From an uncultured Acidobacteriota bacterium (GTDB lineage: Bacteria > Acidobacteriota > Terriglobia > Acidiferrales > UBA7541): a stretch of 64,000 nucleotides of DNA. Positions 41,324-49,793 of the stretch are shown here, in pieces (position 1 is the stretch's first letter; every line of letters starts with the position of its first letter). The DNA is taken from NCBI GenBank assembly GCA_963819235.1, contig CAWFVE010000003.1, positions 947,568 to 1,011,567 on the forward strand. The letters run 5' to 3'. Below the pieces are notes generated by a model. That model ran no database searches. It was not told where the DNA came from and saw only the letters and a program-made list of their open reading frames with translations. A program made the translations under genes and the position numbers.

Positions 41324-42355
41324 ATGCGCCAAGTTGGTGCATTGCCGATGAAGTTGGCTTCAGAAAGCCCATTTCGCGAAGCATACTTGAGTGACCTGAT
41401 CGGTGCCTGCCCAGCTATGCATAAGGTATACACGCTAATCAACCGGGCCAGCCAATTTGAGTTTCCCGTACTGGTTCTGGGAGAAAGTGGGACGGGGAAA
41501 GAATTGGTTGCCCGCGCAATTCACAGCCAGAGTCAGAGGGGGCGGTGCCCCTTCGTCCCTATTGATTGCGCGGCGTTGGTCCCAACCCTGATCGAGTCAG
41601 AGCTCTTCGGTTATGTAAAAGGGGCATTCACCGATGCCCAGCATTCGCGGATCGGATTATTAGAAGCGGCAAGTGGGGGAACCGTTTTCCTCGACGAAAT
41701 CGGCGAAATGTCACTCCATTGCCAAACTAAGTTGCTCAGAGCTTTGCAGGAGCGTGAAATTCGACCCGTGGGCGCTACGGCGCGAGTTTGTCTTAACGTG
41801 CGAGTTATCGCAGCAACCAATCGGAACTTGGAATCGGAGGTCAAGTCGGGCCGGTTTCGGCAGGACCTTTTCTTCCGACTGAACGTACTGCAAATCACGC
41901 TTCCGGCGCTTCGAGAGCGGAAGAGCGATATTCATCTCCTGGTGGACTTGTTCTTATCGAAGTATCGAGATTTGCGGCCCTCGATCCGTTCCATCTCGGA
42001 AGACGCTATGCGATGCCTGATGTCCTATAACTGGCCCGGGAACGTTCGAGAATTAGAAAACGCAATCGAGCATGCCCTCGCATCGGGCGAAGAGGCGTCG
42101 GTACAAGTAGGCGATCTGCCCTCCAACTTACAAGTCGCACAGCAGAGAGCATTAGAGGCTGGGGCAGAGGCAGACGACACGTTTTTATTGACAGAAATTC
42201 AACGTCGGGCCATCTTTCGTGCTCTGACCGAGACGCACGGTGACAAGGTTGCGGCAGCTCGCCTTCTGCATATGGGCAAGACGACGTTATACCGAAAGCT
42301 TAGGGAATACGGCGCTGGCGCGAATGTGCATAACGTTGGGCTCGCACACTCGTGA
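41324..42355 (+). CDS. Sigma54-dependent transcriptional activator (AAA+ plus Fis-type HTH, no sensory domain)
   Basis: Motifs VLVLGESGTGKELVARAIH, ESELFGYVKGAFTDA (GAFTGA loop variant), GGTVFLDEIGEM and WPGNVRELEN, with a C-terminal HTH (AARLLHMGKTTLYRKLREYG). Only ~25 aa precede the AAA+ core. Confidence 0.9.
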   Translation: MRQVGALPMKLASESPFREAYLSDLIGACPAMHKVYTLINRASQFEFPVLVLGESGTGKELVARAIHSQSQRGRCPFVPIDCAALVPTLIESELFGYVKGAFTDAQHSRIGLLEAASGGTVFLDEIGEMSLHCQTKLLRALQEREIRPVGATARVCLNVRVIAATNRNLESEVKSGRFRQDLFFRLNVLQITLPALRERKSDIHLLVDLFLSKYRDLRPSIRSISEDAMRCLMSYNWPGNVRELENAIEHALASGEEASVQVGDLPSNLQVAQQRALEAGAEADDTFLLTEIQRRAIFRALTETHGDKVAAARLLHMGKTTLYRKLREYGAGANVHNVGLAHS

Positions 42356-42366
42356 CGGTCACACGG

Positions 42367-42809
42367 CTATGTTTGAAGCCTCCGCCGAGCTAAGAGCTCA
42401 CGACCCTTTTCAGCCACTTCCTGATGGCTCGCTCCGTAGATGGCTTGTTCTTCTCCGTAAGAATCGGCAGGAATTAACAGCCTAAACGGGCCGCCCCAGC
42501 CAGCCGTTCCGGATATGAGTTCATGGATATTCAGAAATTGCGTGTGACTTCCGATCTGAACTAGGTAACGGTATTCCCTAAAAAGCATTGAGACCCCGCA
42601 ATGTGAGTATTCCCTGTCCGTGCTAAGGACCCGTCTCTGAATCGAGCCCTTTCCGTTGAGTTATAGAACCCTTTAGACGGACGTGTTGTCAATCGTAACG
42701 AGTTTCGCAACGTCACGCTCTTTACAATGGCCCATAGAAGCGCATCGCCCCGGTACGAGAACTTATAATCTGCATTCCCTCCGCTTAGGTGAGTTACTTC
42801 TGTAAGCAT
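42367..42809 (-). CDS. Hypothetical protein, possibly one gene split by a frame break (42561-42809 plus 42367-42588)
   Basis: Two abutting reverse-strand ORFs with protein-like sequence (MLTEVTHLSGGNADYKFSYRGDALLWAIVK... and ...YLVQIGSHTQFLNIHELISGTAGWGGPFRLLIPADSYGEEQAIYGASHQEVAEKGRELL). No family recognised. Confidence 0.3.
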
Positions 42810-42841
42810 TGAGGGGTAATCTGACTTTTGCCGAAGGTGCA

Positions 42842-43864
42842 ATGTTCCTGACCTTCGCAGGACATGGGGGAATCGTGATTTCTGATCAGGTTGCGCTTGT
42901 TGTGGTAACTGGGGCAGGAGGATTCATCGGTGGGAATCTTGTGGCGAAGTTGCGCAGTCAGGGACACAAGAGGATCCGCGCCGTAGACGTCAAGCCCTTC
43001 GAAGAGTGGTACGGGCAGTTCAATGACGTGGAATCCATCTGCCTAGATCTGAATCTGAAGGAAAACTGCGAGATGGTGGCGGAGGGCGCGAGCGACGTTT
43101 ATAACCTTGCCGCGAATATGGGCGGAATGGGTTTCATCGAGCACAACAAAGCGCTCTGCATGCTGTCAGTGCTGATCAACACGCACATGTTGCAGGCGGC
43201 GGTAAAGCACGGGGTAAAGAGATATTTCTACTCATCGTCCGCATGTGTGTACAACAGAGACAAGCAGAAGACCTTCGAGGCGCCTCCGCTGAAGGAAGAG
43301 GAAGCATATCCGGCACTGGCTGAGGACGGATATGGCTGGGAAAAGTTGTTCTCCGAACGGATGTGTCGGCATTTCCGAGAAGATTTTGGATTGTACACGC
43401 GCGTCGCTCGCTTGCACAACGTCTACGGGCCCTGGGGGACGTGGTATGGCGGCCGTGAAAAGGCTCCGGCTGCGATCTGCAGAAAAGTGATTGAAGCGAA
43501 AGTTTCCGGCAAGGACGAAATCGAGATCTGGGGTTCTGGCCAGCAAACCCGCAGCTTCATGTTCATCGATGACTGCCTCAAAGGAATCGATTTGATTATG
43601 CAGTCCGAGGTCGTGGAGCCGGTCAACTTGGGGTCAAGCGAATCCGTCACGATCAATCAACTGGTTGACCTTGTGGAGGAAATTGGCGGGGTCAAGCTCA
43701 AGCGTAAATATGACCTCACTGCGCCGAAGGGTGTCAACGGCCGAAACAGTGACAATACTCTGATCAAGAGGCATCTCAATTGGGAGCCCAATACCTCTTT
43801 GAGGTCTGGTCTTGAAAAAACCTATCGTTGGATTTACGAGCAGTATTTGGCTCGCGAGGGGTGA
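42842..43864 (+). CDS. GDP-mannose 3,5-epimerase-like NAD-dependent epimerase
   Basis: Motifs VTGAGGFIGGNL, NLAANMGGMGFIEHN, YSSSACVY, YGWEKLFSE, LHNVYGPWGTWYGGREKAPAAICRK and GVNGRNSDNTLIKRHLNWEP. These match, as I recall them, the signature blocks of plant/bacterial GME. The start is uncertain (ATG 42842 or the GTG a few codons later). Confidence 0.8.
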   Translation: MFLTFAGHGGIVISDQVALVVVTGAGGFIGGNLVAKLRSQGHKRIRAVDVKPFEEWYGQFNDVESICLDLNLKENCEMVAEGASDVYNLAANMGGMGFIEHNKALCMLSVLINTHMLQAAVKHGVKRYFYSSSACVYNRDKQKTFEAPPLKEEEAYPALAEDGYGWEKLFSERMCRHFREDFGLYTRVARLHNVYGPWGTWYGGREKAPAAICRKVIEAKVSGKDEIEIWGSGQQTRSFMFIDDCLKGIDLIMQSEVVEPVNLGSSESVTINQLVDLVEEIGGVKLKRKYDLTAPKGVNGRNSDNTLIKRHLNWEPNTSLRSGLEKTYRWIYEQYLAREG

Positions 43865-44137
43865 GGCAGGTGGTCCCTCGTCTCCATGATGCAGAAACAC
43901 CGGCTGGGTGGGAACGTTCTGGGAGCCTCGCGTTTGCCCGGCGCTCACAATGGCCGACTGTCCGTTCTTGTCCGTAAATCGCGCCCAGAAGTTATAGGCT
44001 TCGGCATCAAAGTCCGGGTTTACCTGTTGCGCCGTCTGCGGATCGAGTAGCGCTGCGAAGGCTCCGGGTCGGGCGAGCAACCCGGGAAGCGTACCTACCG
44101 CGAATGCCTGTTTCAGGAAGTCTCTGCGTTGGGACAT
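43865..44137 (-). pseudogene. Tat-signal protein, N-terminal remnant
   Basis: MSQRRDFLKQAFAVGTLPGLLARPGAFA is a twin-arginine signal. After ~90 aa the ORF (43634-44137) runs antisense into the epimerase gene for 230 nt, so it is likely truncated. Confidence 0.4.
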
Positions 44138-44703
44138 GGTTCGCCTCCTTTGTTAGGCGAAGTCAGCTAGTAGCGCAATTATGCTACTCTCAAGATTCCA
44201 TCCAGGATCCTGCTTCATTGTAAGCAGTCCCCAACAGCTAAGCATGTTCGAAACTATCCCAGCGTTGTTAACCGATCTGCTTTAGAAATCGACGCCTTGT
44301 CGGTATTGGCTTAGCGGGACGCTTTCGAAGAGGTTGGGATTTGCGTCTTCGAGCGCGCCAGCCAGATCGTCGTAAGAGTGAGGTTCAAATGTATTTTCTG
44401 CAAGATGCGAGCTTTGATGCGCGTATTGGTGAAGTCAAGATGATTGCGACGGTGAGCGATTGAAATTAAATGCGAAAGCTAGCTTGATCTGTAGCTTACG
44501 CGTGGTACGCCGGCGTCTGACAGCGTGGGCCGCCTTACGGCGCTGCTCGAATGGTTGGTCCAGATACGCCTTCACCAGGGATCAGCTCTTTACTTCCGCG
44601 CTCTTTGCGGCTAGCATCTGCGGCAATTCACCCTGCCCGGAGCCGGTCGTAACAAGATGCCCAGCACACTTCGCCCGCAGACTACTGATGCACCACGAGA
44701 ATA

Positions 44704-47619
44704 ATGATGGCAAGTTCACGATGGTTTTGTTACCGCTCGATTAGAATCCGGCTCTTGGCATTCGTTGTCGCCGCTTTGCTTTCATCGTGCGCCACGGCCA
44801 GTGCCAAAGCTACTTTGGTCATTCGCGTTGGCGTCGCCGACTACGGAAACGTCGAACGAAATTATGAAAGATACGTTGCGCTGTTCCGCGAATTGACAGA
44901 CCTGGCTACTCCGGACCAACCGGTCAGCTTCAGCGTGGCCGTCGGTGATTTCAGCGAAGTCATGGGTTGGTACCTGAGAAGAATCGTTGATGTCGCCGTC
45001 TTGCCGGCGATGCCGATAGCGCAACTGATCGCCAACACGCCCGATTCTGATTTGCCCAAACTCGAAGAAAGCTATGTGGCTACGCTCGCCGAGCGTCTCT
45101 CTATTCCTAAATCGGGACAGCAGGTCCTGTGGCAGCTCTTTCCCAACGACGATGAGATGGCCCGATCGCGAGCAGCTTACGGCGCCGATGTCTTTGATCG
45201 AGTCACGCTGGTTGTGGCGGATCGTCCCGGAGCGCCCTCACCGCTGCGAAGCGTGGCCGACCTCTCGGATAAGCGGTTCGCGCGGAGGATCAAATACATT
45301 TTCCTTCAGCCCTTCTCCATCCCGGGATACATATTGCCCACGCAATTCCTACGGGATCAAGGGATTGACCCGGCGGTCATAAAGTACGATTTCGCCTATC
45401 AGCCACAGTATTCGCTGCGAAGGATTGCCGAGCCGCTGCCAGGCGAGGACGACGGCAAACTCCTGGTGGCGTTTTCAACGGACACGGCGAGCTACGAAGA
45501 CCGCGGTCAAAACGTCACGTTCCGACGGTTAGAGGGCGCGACCATGCTCGAAGAAGCGCGCGTCCCGCGCAACACGGTTATCGTGAACCAGTTCCTCGAC
45601 CAAGCGACACGCCAGAGGATCAAGGACGAATTATCGATGTTGTTCGAGCGCCGGCGGCCCACGGAGACAAAAGAATCGGAGTTCCGGATTAAAGTCTCCC
45701 CGGCGAACGAATGGGTCGCACAGTACACAGGTGTGCAGTCTTGGCTGGAGCACGCGGACCTGCCCCAGAACTTTCAATCCAAGTCCACGCTCGATGAACT
45801 CATCGCCGACCTCGAGGCGTATAAGAGCGCGGGCAAGACCCCACGGCTGGCCCTGGTTCTTTCGGGAGGCGGAGCGAAATGCTCCTATCAGGTGGGCGCC
45901 ATTAATGCCATTGAGACTCGCCTCGGTCAGGAGCGCGAAAAGTCGGGCGGCAAAGATAATTTAGATATCGACCTGGTGGTGGGCACTTCGGGCGGCTCGA
46001 TCAACGCATTGCTTGTGGCGTTGGGCGTGACGCGGGATGATGCCGGGCGCAAGGCTTTGAGTCAGACCTGGGCGTCGTTTCGGCAGGAGGATTTTCTTTC
46101 GCCGTCGCCGGGGTTCAACTTCATCTTTGGATTTGCGCTCGGAGTATTGCAAGCGTTGTTTTTCACGAGCGCCAGTGTGTTATTCGCTCAGGAGAAGGTC
46201 AAGTGGAGAGCCGCAATCGCGATCCTGGCAGGCGCGGCCGTTTTTGAAGCGGTCCTGGGACCGCTCGCAAAAGTGCCCGCGTCGTCCGTGTTGAAACTGG
46301 TGGCGTGGGAGACCGGCTTTCTGTTGCTCGTGCTCGGGGTGATGCGGCTGCTGCGAAAGATATCCAAGGATTGGTGGCGCGTGGCCGGCTGGGCGATGGT
46401 GATTTTCGCGACGGCGCAATTGGTGGCCGCTCGAACGCGAGAGCCACTGCTCTTGCAGACTGTGTTTCCCCAAAATAACCCGGTGCAGCACCTTTGGCCG
46501 ATTTTGGCGGTGGCCGGCCTGTGGTCTTTTCCGTGGCCACTCGTGCTGGGGCTGGCCATGTTGGCTTCCGGAAGAAGACCCATTCCCGAGCTGCGGTGGC
46601 AAGCCAGACACATCCGCTCGATGGTATGGATCTTGGGGGCGACGTCGGTAGTGTTCGTCTGGTATGTCTTCTGGATCGGCGGCTCCCTTTCCACCACGAT
46701 GGGCGTGAAGCAGGCCTTGGCGTCCGCGGTTCCCAAGATGGTGGCGAATCAGCATGTCATGCTGCAATCCGATCCGCACGCAGACGTCAACGCGCGCCTG
46801 GAAGATATTTCCGAGCAAATCATCAGCCACCCTGAATTGATCAAGCGAGACCTCATCATCACCGCATCGCGGCTTCCAGGCGCCGAAGGCCCGCAACCGA
46901 CGCTTAAAAGCGCTCGGGATGGTTCACCCCGGTTCGTCGAAGCCAACCTCATGCCGGAGGATTTGTATTTTTATTACGACGGCAATTCCGGGAAACACGT
47001 GCAGCCGCCGGTGCAGGAGCCGAGGTTTATTCCCCTGCGGCAGAATCCCACAAAGCTGCTTCCAGTGGTGATCGGCTCGAGCACCATCTATCCCGTCTTT
47101 GCCCCCGAAACTTTGCAGAATATCGACCTGGGGCGAAATCGCAAGGTAAAGCAGATCGATTTGGTCGATGGGGGTTTTATCCATGACAGTCCGATCCAGG
47201 CGGCGTATCTCTGGGGCGCTACCCATATTTTGTTGATTGAGGCCTCTCCGCAAGCCCCCGAGACCGAGCCGACAAATTTCCTGGAGAGCGCCATGCAGGC
47301 GCTCAGCTTCTTATTCGCACAGGCTCAGCGCATGGATACCCTTTCTGCGGGCAGTGTGGAGATATACGAGCTGCGCCCTTCGAGTCAGTGCGATCGGATG
47401 GAAGCTCATCACTCTTGCGACCCGACACCCGATCCGGATCTGGACGTTTTCGATTTCGGCCAGGATTTGGTGACGCACGCGGTGGATATGGGCCGCAATG
47501 ACGTGGTGCCGGACAATCCTTTAGATCGTCCCAGGCCCTTATTTACGAGAATTCCAGGCCCTCCCATTTTTCGCAACGTCAGCGAGGCGAACAGCCAAGC
47601 GGCCGCGCTTCAGCGATAG
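44704..47619 (+). CDS. Lipoprotein fusing a PhnD-like periplasmic binding domain to a patatin-like phospholipase with an embedded TM block
   Basis: Lipobox LLSSC. The N-terminal region TLVIRVGVADYG...FLQPFSIPGYILPTQFLRDQGIDP resembles phosphonate/ABC substrate-binding proteins. Patatin motifs are GGGAK (~45865), GTSGG (~45981), SSTIYPVFAP and DLVDGGF (~47167). About 5-6 hydrophobic helices (~46100-46690) lie between the Ser and Asp motifs. Confidence 0.88.
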   Translation: MMASSRWFCYRSIRIRLLAFVVAALLSSCATASAKATLVIRVGVADYGNVERNYERYVALFRELTDLATPDQPVSFSVAVGDFSEVMGWYLRRIVDVAVLPAMPIAQLIANTPDSDLPKLEESYVATLAERLSIPKSGQQVLWQLFPNDDEMARSRAAYGADVFDRVTLVVADRPGAPSPLRSVADLSDKRFARRIKYIFLQPFSIPGYILPTQFLRDQGIDPAVIKYDFAYQPQYSLRRIAEPLPGEDDGKLLVAFSTDTASYEDRGQNVTFRRLEGATMLEEARVPRNTVIVNQFLDQATRQRIKDELSMLFERRRPTETKESEFRIKVSPANEWVAQYTGVQSWLEHADLPQNFQSKSTLDELIADLEAYKSAGKTPRLALVLSGGGAKCSYQVGAINAIETRLGQEREKSGGKDNLDIDLVVGTSGGSINALLVALGVTRDDAGRKALSQTWASFRQEDFLSPSPGFNFIFGFALGVLQALFFTSASVLFAQEKVKWRAAIAILAGAAVFEAVLGPLAKVPASSVLKLVAWETGFLLLVLGVMRLLRKISKDWWRVAGWAMVIFATAQLVAARTREPLLLQTVFPQNNPVQHLWPILAVAGLWSFPWPLVLGLAMLASGRRPIPELRWQARHIRSMVWILGATSVVFVWYVFWIGGSLSTTMGVKQALASAVPKMVANQHVMLQSDPHADVNARLEDISEQIISHPELIKRDLIITASRLPGAEGPQPTLKSARDGSPRFVEANLMPEDLYFYYDGNSGKHVQPPVQEPRFIPLRQNPTKLLPVVIGSSTIYPVFAPETLQNIDLGRNRKVKQIDLVDGGFIHDSPIQAAYLWGATHILLIEASPQAPETEPTNFLESAMQALSFLFAQAQRMDTLSAGSVEIYELRPSSQCDRMEAHHSCDPTPDPDLDVFDFGQDLVTHAVDMGRNDVVPDNPLDRPRPLFTRIPGPPIFRNVSEANSQAAALQR

Positions 47620-47988
47620 ACCGAAACCGAACAATATCGGGCTCCGAGGCGCATTGCCCGAACGGCGTCACGCTTGCCTTCCGCTGCCGCGACCTGTAGG
47701 TAATGTTCCACTGCCTACAATGCAATCACGGCGACGCGTGGCACCTCTGAGTGTTGACCCCATTTCCTCACTTTTTGCTGAATCACGATGTGTAGCAAGA
47801 GCGCCACTGGAATCAGAAAACCAAGCTTTATCAGAGATGCCGCGTTGAGGACGTAGGCTCTATAGAACTTGTCAGGACCTGACGATTTCTTAACCCTCCG
47901 GTGTATACTCAAATTGCCCGAGTCCCTGGCGTGGCCTCTCGGATGATCCCGAATTAGGGTGGAGCCGTTACTGCCCAACCTATGCGCG

Positions 47989-48018
47989 TTGACACCGACA
48001 AATGTGCGGCGCTATGGT
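47989..48018 (+). promoter_or_regulatory. sigma70-like promoter TTGACA-N18-TATGGT upstream of cassette 1
   Basis: Read directly; it lies ~25 nt upstream of the ATG at 48042. Confidence 0.3.
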
Positions 48019-48041
48019 CGCGCCGAGATACGGCGAGCACG

Positions 48042-48434
48042 ATGAGACAGAGGGCCGGAATTGTTCCGCTTGTGGTGTTTGGCTTATTGGCGGTTTCCGT
48101 TCCGCTGTTTGCGCACCACGGGAACGCCTCGTTCGACACCAAACTAACCACGGTGACGGGAACGGTGACCGAGTTTATTTGGTCCAATCCTCATGTTTGG
48201 CTAAAAATGGACGCCAAGGACGCCAACGGCAATGTCCAGCATTGGATTGTCGAAGCTCAGAACACCGTGTCCATGAGAGCCATAGGCTGGAGGCCAGATA
48301 CATTCAAGCCTGGGGACGTCGTCAGCGTTGACGTCAACCAAGCCAAGAATGGCCGCCCCATCGGATCGACCGGTGGCTCCAGCCCCACCTCGGCCAAGCG
48401 CCGCATCATCATCAATGGCAAACAGTTCCAATGA
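48042..48434 (+). CDS. Small secreted protein, AHH family copy D1 (possibly DUF6152-like)
   Basis: MRQRAGIVPLVVFGLLAVSVPLFA|HHGNASFD...GTVTEFIWSNPHVWLKMDAKD. The signal peptide ends in FA followed by HH. One of four paralogues in the window. Confidence 0.8.
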   Translation: MRQRAGIVPLVVFGLLAVSVPLFAHHGNASFDTKLTTVTGTVTEFIWSNPHVWLKMDAKDANGNVQHWIVEAQNTVSMRAIGWRPDTFKPGDVVSVDVNQAKNGRPIGSTGGSSPTSAKRRIIINGKQFQ

Positions 48435-48526
48435 GAATGCTTGGGTGATCGTCGGTGCTATTGCGCCTGCCCCGGTCACGGGCCACTTCTAAAATCGCAG
48501 CTTTAGCTGCATGAGGGATTGCGAAA

Positions 48527-49438
48527 ATGTTTAAGCGCCTGCTCGGTTCGGCCGTTGCTCTGATCTTTTTGGCGTTTTCGCCTGCCGTACGCGCTCAAAC
48601 CGCGGCGGGCAACGCTTCCCAAGACAAATGGAATGGCGTCTCGCCTCTGCGATCGACGTACGAGGGGAAAAAGTCGGGCCCGGCTCCCGTCCGCGACATT
48701 TCGGGGATCTGGGACGCAGCTTACGAAGATGGAGGACGCCAAACGAGTGGTGCGAAAGAGCACCCGTCGGTCTACCCAGGAAGAAATTTTGCCGAAGGAG
48801 GGGGGCACCCCGACGAAACCGGTATTGTTCATCCTTTGCCTTATACGCCCGCGGGGCTCGCGGCGCTGAAGGCCAATCGGCCTTCGAACGGTGTCAGGCA
48901 AGTCCCCTCCGCATCTTCAAATGATCCGATTAATAAGTGTGATCCGCTCGGATTCCCCTACATGGAACTTTTCGAGCTAAGGACCTTGGATGTCGTCCAA
49001 GCGAAAAACCAGGTGCTTATCATCAGCCCGTTTTATGGCAATTACCGTATCATCTGGACCGACGGCCGCGAGCTTCCCAAGAATGAAGAGGCTCGCTGGA
49101 ACGGCTACTCTGTAGGCAAATGGCTGAACGATTCCGACTTTTTCATCGAGACCAACGGAATGATGCCCGGGAGCTGGATCGACCACGCCGGCCGTCCGCA
49201 TAGCGATGCCCTGCGCGTCGAGGAGACCTGGCACCGCGTGGACCGCGACAATATGCAACTCACGCTGAAGATTATCGACCCCAAGTACTACAGCGAACCG
49301 TGGCTGGCTCTCGACAAGTTTCCTATGCACTTGCAACCAGCCGATTTCGACATCCAGGAGCTGCGCTGCGCCCCCTCGGAGATGGACAAGTACAACGACA
49401 ACGTGGGCGACGTAGTCCTTGACCCCAAGACGAAATGA
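48527..49438 (+). CDS. Secreted ~300-aa partner protein, copy P1
   Basis: Signal peptide, then DISGIW, KCDPLGFP, IIWTDGRELP, GYSVGKWLNDSDFFIET, GRPHSDALRVEE and IIDPKYYSEPW. These motifs are shared with four paralogues. Confidence 0.8.
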   Translation: MFKRLLGSAVALIFLAFSPAVRAQTAAGNASQDKWNGVSPLRSTYEGKKSGPAPVRDISGIWDAAYEDGGRQTSGAKEHPSVYPGRNFAEGGGHPDETGIVHPLPYTPAGLAALKANRPSNGVRQVPSASSNDPINKCDPLGFPYMELFELRTLDVVQAKNQVLIISPFYGNYRIIWTDGRELPKNEEARWNGYSVGKWLNDSDFFIETNGMMPGSWIDHAGRPHSDALRVEETWHRVDRDNMQLTLKIIDPKYYSEPWLALDKFPMHLQPADFDIQELRCAPSEMDKYNDNVGDVVLDPKTK

Positions 49439-49608
49439 TATTTTCTGCAACTCTCGGCTCGCTGCCCTGAACTCAGTTTCGGAGGACTGCGCTTGAGCGC
49501 GCCTTCGTCGGTATGGTGGCAAACTGAGCGCGGATTGCCTTGATTCGTTCGCGCGCTGCCGTGGAGCGCTTCCGCCATCCGGCGTTGCGTCAACGTTCTC
49601 TGCGCTGC

Positions 49609-49708
49609 AAGAAAGCTTCACTCGTTTGGGTTGCGTCATGAACACCACTTTATAGAGAACAAGTTTATCTCCGATGGTGTTGCATCGACCGATTGAGCTG
49701 GCAGGGAT
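49609..49708 (-). repeat. Second copy of the ~100-nt terminal segment of the IS30-like stump
   Basis: By eye about three quarters of positions are identical to 35110-35215, in the same orientation (shared strings GAAAGCTTCAC, CGTTTGGGT, AACACCAC, GATGGTGTTGCATCGACCG.TTGAGC). The reverse-strand ATG at ~49640 opens MTQPKRVKLS, versus MTQTRRVKLS in the other copy. Confidence 0.55.
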
Positions 49709-49793
49709 TTGGGGAATGTCGTACGGCGACTACTGAAGTCCCGACGCGTTGCGCAGTCCGATGGGGAACGTTTAATGTTGTTTCTATCCGTCC

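Noticed and set aside
42728-42741. TGGCCCATAGAAGC upstream of the epimerase, as a second sigma54 promoter
   Set aside because: The GG to GC offset is 11 nt rather than 12, and the -12 region lacks TTGC.
44230-44335. Reverse-strand peptide ...FEPHSYDDLAGALEDANPNLFESVPLSQYRQGVDF* in the 570-nt gap before the patatin gene
   Set aside because: It looks protein-like but is preceded by an in-frame stop with no start codon. At most it is a gene relic; evidence is insufficient to call it.
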